IMG/VR virus record: IMGVR_UViG_2974644367_000001
Coordinates: 74,237-84,694 of that record
Length of the DNA stretch: 10,458 nt
DNA from: a virus
Taxonomy: Duplodnaviria; Heunggongvirae; Uroviricota; Caudoviricetes
Reading direction: 5' to 3' (one strand)
The notes under the pieces are model-generated. The model was not told the DNA's origin and did not search any database. It saw only the letters and a program-made list of their open reading frames with translations. The position numbers and the translations under genes were made by a program. Below are positions 1 through 6,547 of this stretch, piece after piece (within the stretch, counting starts at the first letter, position 1; each line of letters begins with the position of its first letter).

Positions 1-285
1 GAAATCATCTTTCCAATCCTTGAGGTCACAACAGGGATTATGGTATCTGAAGAGGCTGACAACAACGAGTTGGCAGACTTCATCGTTAAAGAGTTCGCTA
101 CACGTTACCGTATCAAACCTTCTCAGGTAAAGCTGCAAGCACTGTTTGACATCGGTGATGATAGTCTGGTAGCATGGATTTCCCATCGTCGCTTTGACTT
201 AGCTCATGGGTTGATTCACATGAATGGTAAGCCTGTTACAGAGTTCTGGTTCCGTGCTTACAAGGACAAGAAAGGTACTGCGTAA
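1..285 (+). CDS. Hypothetical phage protein, 5'-truncated by the window edge
   Basis: Frame 1 is open from base 1 (EIIFPILEVTTGIMVSEE...), so the track start at 40 is probably internal. Stop TAA 283-285 overlaps the next ATG (TAATG). Confidence 0.8.
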   Translation, partial: EIIFPILEVTTGIMVSEEADNNELADFIVKEFATRYRIKPSQVKLQALFDIGDDSLVAWISHRRFDLAHGLIHMNGKPVTEFWFRAYKDKKGTA

Positions 286-650
286 TGCTTCGTCTGGTAG
301 TCTATAAAGATGCACCGAATGCCTTGCAATCTGAGGTCTACAAGTATCTTGAACGTGATAAGTTTGGCTACCTTAACTGCAATGACCACAGTGTAAGGCA
401 TCACTTCGGAGAAGAGTTCCCAAGGATTGATGTCAAGGACTTCTACAAAGGGATTATCAAGACTGCTGTTTACAGGGGTGAGCATATCATCTTTGTGAAC
501 AATGCAATCTCCTGCAAGGATTTGGGAAGACTTGAACATGCCATTTATTACTTGACAGGTAAACGTGGTGTAGGGCATCATATCAACATATTGGAGTTTC
601 TTGCTCCAGTGAGTTCACAACTGAATAAATTTTTGATGAAAAGGGTTTAA
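285..650 (+). CDS. Hypothetical protein (121 aa)
   Basis: ATG overlaps the upstream stop; next gene starts 1 nt after the stop; no recognised motif. Confidence 0.8.
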   Translation: MLRLVVYKDAPNALQSEVYKYLERDKFGYLNCNDHSVRHHFGEEFPRIDVKDFYKGIIKTAVYRGEHIIFVNNAISCKDLGRLEHAIYYLTGKRGVGHHINILEFLAPVSSQLNKFLMKRV

Positions 651-651
651 C

Positions 652-1218
652 ATGAATAAGATTGTCTGCATGATTGCTGGTAAGAGTCAAGAAGTCGTTA
701 TGGATGAATCTCACGTTTCATTCTCCACACATCACCGCTTCACAGCTTTCCCGTACACCTCTGAAGATGTGGGTAAGGCTATCTTGCACATGGCATCTCA
801 GCATCCTGAGAAGATTGTGTCTAAGATGATGGATGATGGATTGCTTCAGCATCTGAAAGAGTCTTTCGGCAAACTTCACAGTCTGGTGAATGAACTGAAC
901 CTTATTCAGCTTCACATGGACAATGGCGTAACCATCAGTCAGTTCTATCATCGTGACTTTGATGACGCTATCCAGACTGAAGAGGTTCGTTACGGTCGTG
1001 ATGAAAAGGGTAGTCTGGTAGAGCATAAAATGCCAGTGATTATCGCTGACACAACCCGCCGTGAGTGGTGGATGAATCACAAAGAGATTGGTGAAGTTGT
1101 TGAGCAGATTAACAAGTTCGTTGTATTCGAACCGTGGAAATCACATGACTTACTTCTGTCACTGTTCACTTCACAAAAGCTGGCACGTGAACGGAAATCA
1201 GAACTACCAAACTTCTAA
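652..1218 (+). CDS. Hypothetical protein (188 aa)
   Basis: Tightly coupled to the upstream gene and followed directly by a terminator. Confidence 0.85.
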   Translation: MNKIVCMIAGKSQEVVMDESHVSFSTHHRFTAFPYTSEDVGKAILHMASQHPEKIVSKMMDDGLLQHLKESFGKLHSLVNELNLIQLHMDNGVTISQFYHRDFDDAIQTEEVRYGRDEKGSLVEHKMPVIIADTTRREWWMNHKEIGEVVEQINKFVVFEPWKSHDLLLSLFTSQKLARERKSELPNF

Positions 1219-1226
1219 ATAAAAAT

Positions 1227-1246
1227 GGACTCTTCGGAGTCCTTTT
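1227..1246 (+). terminator. Rho-independent terminator
   Basis: GGACTC-TTCG-GAGTCC perfect 6-bp stem with a C(UUCG)G tetraloop, then TTTT. Confidence 0.8.
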
Positions 1247-1261
1247 CTCGTAGAGGGTTAA

Positions 1262-1618
1262 ATGAAAAACTATGTACTTATTGCACTACTGGTAGTATCT
1301 TTCCTTGCTGGATATAAAGCATCCAACTGGCATCAATCAGCACTGGAACTGGTTGCAGAGAAAGCAGCTACTAAAGCAGGTGGTCAATTCCAGAATGACC
1401 AAAAAGAAATTGCAACCAATGTTGTTAATTCACTTGACCAATGGAAGCAAAACAATCAATCATTCAATGAGAGGGTAACACATGAAAAGATTATTCAACC
1501 TGTTTTTCTTAACAAGTGTGTTAGTGATGACTACCGCATCATGTTCAACGAAGCCACAGCCAACTTTGCAGCAAAAGCCAGTGGTTCAAGCAAACCTGCT
1601 ACAAAAACAGGAAACTGA
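1262..1618 (+). CDS. Inner-membrane spanin (i-spanin, Rz-like)
   Basis: Single N-terminal TM segment (YVLIALLVVSFLAGY), helical periplasmic region, C-terminal Cys, SD GAGGG at 1253-1257. Its 3' end overlaps a lipoprotein gene in another frame. Confidence 0.85.
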   Translation: MKNYVLIALLVVSFLAGYKASNWHQSALELVAEKAATKAGGQFQNDQKEIATNVVNSLDQWKQNNQSFNERVTHEKIIQPVFLNKCVSDDYRIMFNEATANFAAKASGSSKPATKTGN

Positions 1619-1757
1619 CGGGACAAAGTTGAAACAGCTTGACGGGACAGACGGTCTTGCAGTAACATCAAGTCTTGAATATTGGCGTGACAAGTATTTC
1701 ACTTGCGCGGTTCCTTATAACGGGTTGATTGATGTCATCCTGAAACAACAAAACTGA
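1482..1757 (+). CDS. Outer-membrane lipoprotein spanin (o-spanin, Rz1-like)
   Basis: MKR n-region, hydrophobic h-region, lipobox-like TAS-C at Cys21, Pro-rich linker, second Cys. Starts inside the i-spanin gene with its own SD (GAGAGGG), the classic overlapped spanin architecture. Confidence 0.85.
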   Translation: MKRLFNLFFLTSVLVMTTASCSTKPQPTLQQKPVVQANLLQKQETDGTKLKQLDGTDGLAVTSSLEYWRDKYFTCAVPYNGLIDVILKQQN

Positions 1758-1764
1758 GGTTCAC

Positions 1765-2547
1765 ATGGTCGTTGACATTTTCACTGGTGATTTGTTTGCA
1801 GAATTCCGTAAAGGTAATTTTCATGCAATTGGTCAAGGATGTAACTGTCACAATATGATGGGTGCTGGTATTGCAGTACACTTTGCAAAGTTTTATCCGC
1901 AATGCTTTGCTGCTGATACACAGGCTTATGATTACTACAATGAGAAGGACGCTCATAAAGAGATGTTGGGTAAGCTATCCGTTGCTCATACAAATGACGG
2001 CCTTGTAGTGAACCTCTATACCCAATTTAACGGTGGTCGAAACGCTGACTACTTCGCTATGGCTGAAGCCTTTAAACACCTTGACGATTTTATGGTTGAG
2101 CATGTTGGTGAGGGTTATCGTTTAGGCTTACCGTTCATTGGGGCTGGTATCGGGGGTCTGGATATTAATGCGGTCATTAGTCTGGCTAATTCTCTTCTTG
2201 TTCGTGGTGATATTTACTTCGTGCGCCATCCAAGCGATGTTAATAATTTCATCATCAGCAAACAGTTCAAGCCAAAGACACCTACCAATCCACGTTACAC
2301 CTTCCTTGAATCAGATGGACTATTCTTCTCGGTGTGTAAAGAAGGGCGTGTTGATGAGTTACCCTCCAAGTTACCCCTCCAGCATCAGAAGCTGAGTAAG
2401 CTCAAATGTTTAGGTGAAGGTAAATTAGGTGGCAAAGTCTACACTAATAAGTTTGAACGTGTACTTGAAAGTGTTCTTATTATTCCCGCTGAGAATTGGG
2501 GAGCACAACAATTAAATATTCAATTGGGTGATGAGATACCTGATTAA
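1765..2547 (+). CDS. Macrodomain (ADP-ribose binding/hydrolase, Appr-1-p processing; T4 Tk.4-like) protein with about 100-aa C-terminal extension
   Basis: Macro-fold motifs GDLF, QGCNC-x3-MGAGIA, NLYTQ and LPFIGAGIGGL in residues 1 to about 155; SD GAGGT at 1756-1760. Confidence 0.88.
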   Translation: MVVDIFTGDLFAEFRKGNFHAIGQGCNCHNMMGAGIAVHFAKFYPQCFAADTQAYDYYNEKDAHKEMLGKLSVAHTNDGLVVNLYTQFNGGRNADYFAMAEAFKHLDDFMVEHVGEGYRLGLPFIGAGIGGLDINAVISLANSLLVRGDIYFVRHPSDVNNFIISKQFKPKTPTNPRYTFLESDGLFFSVCKEGRVDELPSKLPLQHQKLSKLKCLGEGKLGGKVYTNKFERVLESVLIIPAENWGAQQLNIQLGDEIPD

Positions 2548-2557
2548 TATACTAAAG

Positions 2558-2582
2558 AGCCTTCTTAATCGGGGGCTTTTTT
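2558..2582 (+). terminator. Rho-independent terminator
   Basis: AGCCTTC-TTAATC-GGGGGCT stem (two G-U pairs) followed by a T run, about 10 nt after the macrodomain stop. Confidence 0.75.
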
Positions 2583-2601
2583 ATTTCTATTACCGGATAG
2601 C

Positions 2602-2740
2602 TTTTTCATTTTCAATTTGTGCATAGGGACTGGCAACGTTTTTCATTTCAAAATCGTGCATAAGGTCTGGCAAGAAAAATCATTTTCGATTTGTGCATAG
2701 AGGGTCTGGAGAGGTTTTTCATTTTGAATTTGTGCATAGA
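2602..2740. repeat. Four imperfect tandem repeats, 37-39 bp period
   Basis: GTGCATA cores at 2619, 2656, 2693, 2732; consensus about TTTTTCATTTTCAATTTGTGCATAG(AG)GGTCTGGCAA. Confidence 0.9.
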
Positions 2741-2877
2741 GAAAGATTCCTGTAAATAACGCCCACCCTCCCTTCTACCATGTACCGAAATATCGTCCGG
2801 TTGTAGTATCATTTTCAGCCCTGTAAGCATTTTGTCTTTACATTCAGAGGCTTAGCCAGCCCCTCAACATGTGAAAT

Positions 2878-2907
2878 AGTATAAGCGATTCACCGGAATA
2901 ACGTCAA
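2878..2907 (-). promoter_or_regulatory. Leftward sigma70-type promoter, divergent from the early module
   Basis: Minus strand TTGACG (2907-2902), 18 bp, TATACT (2883-2878); A/T tract at 2911-2940 as a possible UP element. Confidence 0.6.
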
Positions 2908-2941
2908 GCGATTTTTTAAAAACTTTTTCTTTTATTTTTTG

Positions 2942-2970
2942 TTGACTTTAGAAAGGACAATCTTTATATT
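2942..2970 (+). promoter_or_regulatory. Sigma70 early promoter P1
   Basis: TTGACT-17-TATATT with upstream T tracts; predicted +1 about 2977-2978 (ATCGAAACAA). Confidence 0.85.
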
Positions 2971-3006
2971 TCTATCCATCGAAACAACCACAACGGAATA
3001 AAGAAA

Positions 3007-3354
3007 ATGAGAGACCCTTTTACAAGAATGTGTAAAGAAGTAGTTAACTCAACATGCCCCATTAATGTTGTATGTAATCCGGCTAAACACTCTTACCATA
3101 CAGCGGTTAATTCTAAGGTGTCTAACGAGGACGCATACAGTTATTTTAAACAGTGTGTTGTTCGTTGCCCTGATGAAAAAATTCTTGCTACCGTGTCACA
3201 CGTTATCATTACACGTGCTGATAAGAATGTAATTGTTTTCGGCTGTTATGAAGATGCAGACAGCTACTATAAAGAGCTTTTCCCTGTTGATGCAGAAAGA
3301 GAAAAGTTTTTAGAAAAACAGTTTGACAACGGTTTTATGGTTTTGGTAAAGTAA
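3007..3354 (+). CDS. Early hypothetical protein (115 aa)
   Basis: Follows P1 and a GGAA SD; no recognised motif. Confidence 0.8.
   Translation: MRDPFTRMCKEVVNSTCPINVVCNPAKHSYHTAVNSKVSNEDAYSYFKQCVVRCPDEKILATVSHVIITRADKNVIVFGCYEDADSYYKELFPVDAEREKFLEKQFDNGFMVLVK
3323..3352 (+). promoter_or_regulatory. Sigma70 promoter P2, embedded in the 3' end of the upstream CDS
   Basis: TTGACA (3323-3328)-18-TAAAGT (3347-3352) with extended -10 TG; predicted +1 3359 gives the same ATCGAAACAA start as P1. Confidence 0.75.
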
Positions 3355-3394
3355 CCCCATCGAAACAAAGCAACCCTAAACAAGGAATAAAATT

Positions 3395-4060
3395 ATGAAT
3401 ACTCCATTTATCGTTAACGCTAAACAACGTGCTATCCTTGCTGATAACTCTTTCAACCCTTCAATCTCAAAAGAGGGTAAAAACATTCGGGAAGGTGTCA
3501 CGATTCAAAAGTTTCTAAATCGTATGGGTATCTATTGCGAGGGTTTAAACCTTCAATCAGAAATCTATTTAGAAGCCCGTGAGTATTCACAATCGCGGGA
3601 CGTGTACGGCAACCGCACGGCGCATTATTGCGTTACTGTAATGATTGATGATAAAAAGGCTGGCAAATATTATCATCCGTTTGACATCGTGGGAAGTGGT
3701 TCACGCCGTCAACAAGTCGGGTATGGTAAAGATAATGGCGACATTACATACAGCCTTGAAAAGTTGGGTTATCCGGTTGAACTTGTTCAACGTTATGAAG
3801 AGACATCCGGCGCAATCCGTTACACTTACAGATTAAAATCTTTAGAAAATCTTCAAAAGGTTGTTGACGCTGCAAACGGTAACTTGTACTATAGCGCCAC
3901 GGTTGAAGGTTACGAAATCAAAGCGCCGTTATTCAGCTTGATTGAATTGAAGATTAAAAACCTTGTGTCACGGAAACGAGATTCAAGCCGTAAATTTGCG
4001 GTAACTGTTAGCCGTCACAAGGGCGACAAAGTTTCAAAAGTAACACGTTTAAATTACTAA
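3395..4060 (+). CDS. Early hypothetical protein (221 aa)
   Basis: Leader AACCCTAAACAAGGAATAAAATT precedes the ATG; long ORF. Confidence 0.85.
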   Translation: MNTPFIVNAKQRAILADNSFNPSISKEGKNIREGVTIQKFLNRMGIYCEGLNLQSEIYLEAREYSQSRDVYGNRTAHYCVTVMIDDKKAGKYYHPFDIVGSGSRRQQVGYGKDNGDITYSLEKLGYPVELVQRYEETSGAIRYTYRLKSLENLQKVVDAANGNLYYSATVEGYEIKAPLFSLIELKIKNLVSRKRDSSRKFAVTVSRHKGDKVSKVTRLNY

Positions 4061-4061
4061 A

Positions 4062-4116
4062 AAGTGCTTTACATGGTGTTTGTACTTAGATAGTATAAGC
4101 ACCAGATAAAGAGCTT
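4062..4116 (+). promoter_or_regulatory. Type-A hairpin-promoter, copy A1
   Basis: TTTACA (4068-4073)-17-TAGTAT (4091-4096) inside a long imperfect inverted repeat. Confidence 0.8.
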
Positions 4117-4147
4117 TTACAAACAACCCTTATAAAGGAATCAAGAA

Positions 4148-4645
4148 ATGAATGCTACCTTCTCAATCATCAAGCCAACTTTTGAAATCCGTTTCACTGC
4201 TGAAATGTCTGAATGTTGCCCTGCTTTCTTTAGTGACCAGTGGAAACTAACAAACAATCATCAGGGCGGCGTGACTATCAAAAACCCTTTAGCTTGCCGC
4301 AATAGTTATCCTTATGCAATCCCGTTGCAATGCAGCCTTGCACAGCTTACAGCGGAGTATGCAGAACAGGGAAGGGATAACCCATCTAAAGCGGCTTATG
4401 ACAGCTTACAGGCACAATTAAAGCGTGACATTGAAGCGGCTGAATATTTCATTACAGGTGCAATCTTTGACCTTGAAGGAAACGAGGTGATTAATTCTGT
4501 TGCAATGGGTTACGGTTTTGATTACTCTTATCTTGATGAAGAATCATTAGAAGAATCTTTAGAGCGTAACGTAAAAGATTCAGATTGTGAAACGCAAATG
4601 ATTGAAGCCGTTGAAGAGTTCAAGAAAAGAATCTCAAAAATCTAG
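4148..4645 (+). CDS. Early hypothetical protein (165 aa, acidic C-terminal half)
   Basis: CCCTTATAAAGGAA leader; recalled as similar to conserved Felix O1-like early proteins (TNNHQGGVTIKNP), not verified. Confidence 0.85.
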   Translation: MNATFSIIKPTFEIRFTAEMSECCPAFFSDQWKLTNNHQGGVTIKNPLACRNSYPYAIPLQCSLAQLTAEYAEQGRDNPSKAAYDSLQAQLKRDIEAAEYFITGAIFDLEGNEVINSVAMGYGFDYSYLDEESLEESLERNVKDSDCETQMIEAVEEFKKRISKI

Positions 4646-4683
4646 TTGCAAAGGGGTTACGGTTATGAGACTATAACCCCGTC
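4646..4683 (+). promoter_or_regulatory. Type-B hairpin-promoter, copy B1
   Basis: TTGCAA (4646-4651)-17-GACTAT (4669-4674) with extended -10 TG; GGGGTTA/TAACCCC inverted repeat; the -35 starts immediately after the upstream TAG. Confidence 0.75.
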
Positions 4684-4714
4684 GAAACAAACAACCCTTA
4701 TAAAGGAAAAAATA

Positions 4715-4996
4715 ATGAATGTTACTACTTACAATAATCTTCCCCCTGTTATGGATATTACTTTGCGAGAGGGGCACGGAAAGGAAATGCAGTTTACTGA
4801 TTTACGTGCTGAATATAAGCCTTTGTGGTGGCATGATGCCGGACTTTCTAAAACTAAAAGTGGTTACGGAAAAAATATCCCTACGCCGTGGGCTGTCAAT
4901 TGGGCTGGACGTTTGCGCCGTATTTATTCAACTTGTTACGGTAACGCTGCAAGCCTACACATAAACGTAAACGGTAAAAAGATTGCTGTAATGTAA
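4715..4996 (+). CDS. Early hypothetical protein (93 aa)
   Basis: Start reassigned to ATG 4715 (SD AAGGA 4703-4707). The GYGKNIPT..GRLRRIY..CYGN pattern is recalled from widespread phage hypotheticals. Confidence 0.8.
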   Translation: MNVTTYNNLPPVMDITLREGHGKEMQFTDLRAEYKPLWWHDAGLSKTKSGYGKNIPTPWAVNWAGRLRRIYSTCYGNAASLHINVNGKKIAVM

Positions 4997-4999
4997 TAA

Positions 5000-5053
5000 A
5001 GAGCTTTACAGGGTGTTTAGAAGTTTGATAGTCTAAGCACCTGATAAAGAACT
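5000..5053 (+). promoter_or_regulatory. Type-A hairpin-promoter, copy A2
   Basis: TTTACA (5005-5010)-18-TAGTCT (5029-5034), extended -10 TG, same inverted-repeat scaffold. Confidence 0.8.
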
Positions 5054-5084
5054 TTATCAATCAACCCTTATAAAGGAAACTAAC

Positions 5085-5501
5085 ATGATTCTTTCACCGA
5101 AAACTTTTAGCCGTTCACTGGTTGCCTCAAACGATTCTAAAGCTGCTGAAAGATTCAGCGCCCAAGAACTTGTAAAGGTTGCCCGTCAATTCCTTGCAAC
5201 GTTTCCCGCTAATCGTGAGCGTTTTTCAAGTAACGTTTTGAACTTGACAAAATCGGTGGAAAACGTAGAATTCACGCAAGGCGTTATTGCTGAAATTGAC
5301 GACATCATGAAACGCGGTACTAACTATGCGATGAATGAATCTAAAGCGTTTGAATTCGCCGTTAAAACCGTGTTAGTATGTGATTACGGGTTTACTAACA
5401 TCGTTTCACACGGTATCAGTGATGCACTATGGAAAGATGCCGAAAACAGAAAATTTATGCTTGACTTGAAATCTGATTTTCTGGCACAATCTGGTTACTA
5501 A
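5085..5501 (+). CDS. Early hypothetical protein (138 aa)
   Basis: CCCTTATAAAGGAA leader; clean ORF. Confidence 0.85.
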   Translation: MILSPKTFSRSLVASNDSKAAERFSAQELVKVARQFLATFPANRERFSSNVLNLTKSVENVEFTQGVIAEIDDIMKRGTNYAMNESKAFEFAVKTVLVCDYGFTNIVSHGISDALWKDAENRKFMLDLKSDFLAQSGY

Positions 5502-5532
5502 TTTCACTAACTCTTAAACAGGAATAAACATC

Positions 5533-5748
5533 ATGAAAATTTTCTTCTCTTCTCGTTCTGCTATGCGTTCTGCGACTTTTGGTAAAGCAACCGACAACGG
5601 CAAAGAAGCAACTAAACGCTGGTCACGTGACTTTGCAAAGGTTATCCGCGCCAAACGTGTTGAAGTTGTCCAGCAGGTTAACAGCGTGACAGGCAAAGTC
5701 AAACCTGTTAAAGTGACTTTCCGTAAATCTCGCAAAGTGGCGGCATAA
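5533..5748 (+). CDS. Small, highly basic protein (71 aa)
   Basis: CTTAAACAGGAA leader; 19 K+R versus 4 D+E. Confidence 0.8.
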   Translation: MKIFFSSRSAMRSATFGKATDNGKEATKRWSRDFAKVIRAKRVEVVQQVNSVTGKVKPVKVTFRKSRKVAA

Positions 5749-5749
5749 C

Positions 5750-6085
5750 GTGACACAATCAACGGTAAATTATCTTATGGGGGGCGGCCTTGCCGCTCTT
5801 ACAGTGGGCGGGTTTTACTTGTTCAACCTCATCAAAGAGGTTAAGCAGGTAGACGCAAACAAAGGGGCTGTTAAATCGTTTTTAGACGGCCTTACAGCGG
5901 CGCAAACGTCTTTGTTGATGTCGTCTATTACTCACGGTCACAACTTTGCAGGGGACTTTATAGCGGCCTTAAATGACGCTCAAAAATACCAGTATTCGGG
6001 CTTGCTTTCTGTCATTGGTTCGGGTACATTAAAGCCATATTACAGTGAGATTGTAGAATCTCATCGGGAAAAGGTAAGAGGTTAA
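5750..6085 (+). CDS. Putative membrane-anchored protein (111 aa; start uncertain)
   Basis: GTG 1 nt after the upstream stop (alternative ATG 5777); hydrophobic segment LMGGGLAALTVGGFYLFNLI; weak SD. Confidence 0.7.
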   Translation: MTQSTVNYLMGGGLAALTVGGFYLFNLIKEVKQVDANKGAVKSFLDGLTAAQTSLLMSSITHGHNFAGDFIAALNDAQKYQYSGLLSVIGSGTLKPYYSEIVESHREKVRG

Positions 6086-6087
6086 AA

Positions 6088-6213
6088 ATGATTGGTCTGA
6101 TTATCGTTTTAGGCGCTATCGGTATTTTTGCTTTACGTGTTATCGGTGAATGTGTCGGATTAATCAGACCTTTCGAAGATGTTTTAGCCGAACGTGAAAA
6201 ACTTAAAAAGTAA
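6088..6213 (+). CDS. Small membrane protein (41 aa, absent from the ORF track)
   Basis: SD AAGAGG then ATG 6088; MIGLIIVLGAIGIFALRVIGECVGLIRPFEDVLAEREKLKK; exactly fills the gap between two genes. Confidence 0.7.
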   Translation: MIGLIIVLGAIGIFALRVIGECVGLIRPFEDVLAEREKLKK

Positions 6214-6227
6214 AAAGGGGCTTGAAA

Positions 6228-6461
6228 ATGGAAAGTGTAGCGGGTATATTGTTTGTCGTAATGTGTATTGCTGTTGTTTTGTGGTTGGCGTTACTGCCTG
6301 CAATCATAGCCAACAAGAAAGAAAGCACGAACAAAGGTTTTATAATCGGCTTAACAATCGTCGGATTATTTTTCTTTCCGTGCTGGATTATTGCTCTGAT
6401 TTGGGCTATTGTGGATTCATCAAGCCAGCCGCAAAAGGTTATTTTAGTAAAAGAGGTTTAA
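6228..6461 (+). CDS. imm: Superinfection immunity protein, T4 Imm-like
   Basis: Hydrophobic 77-aa protein with LPAIIA-NKK...IGLTIVGLFFFPCWIIALIWA, matching the recalled Imm pattern (LPxIIA...W..ALIWA); SD AAGGGG 7 nt before ATG 6228. Confidence 0.75.
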   Translation: MESVAGILFVVMCIAVVLWLALLPAIIANKKESTNKGFIIGLTIVGLFFFPCWIIALIWAIVDSSSQPQKVILVKEV

Positions 6462-6516
6462 AAGTGCTTTACAAGGTGTTTATAGTTAGTTACCATAAGC
6501 ACCAGATAAAGAGCTT
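6462..6516 (+). promoter_or_regulatory. Type-A hairpin-promoter, copy A3
   Basis: TTTACA (6468-6473)-17-TACCAT (6491-6496); same scaffold. Confidence 0.8.
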
Positions 6517-6547
6517 TTCAAAACAACCCTCAAAGAGGAATAAAATT

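Noticed and set aside
285-650. Faint likeness to a polynucleotide-kinase-type P-loop domain (IIFVNN)
   Set aside because: No Walker A motif; similarity too weak.
2648-2830. Minus-strand 60-aa ORF with repeated SMHKxKM
   Set aside because: The peptide repeat comes from the single 39-bp DNA period; the 37-bp periods break frame and there is no good SD. It lies under the leftward promoter, so translation is not fully excluded.
4646-4714. TTG start at 4646 (and TTG 6222 for imm)
   Set aside because: 4646 is the -35 box of B1; SD spacing supports ATG 4715 and ATG 6228.
6194-6547. 313-aa version of the 6548-7135 ORF
   Set aside because: The extension overlaps imm and crosses promoter A3; the SD-led ATG is at 6548.
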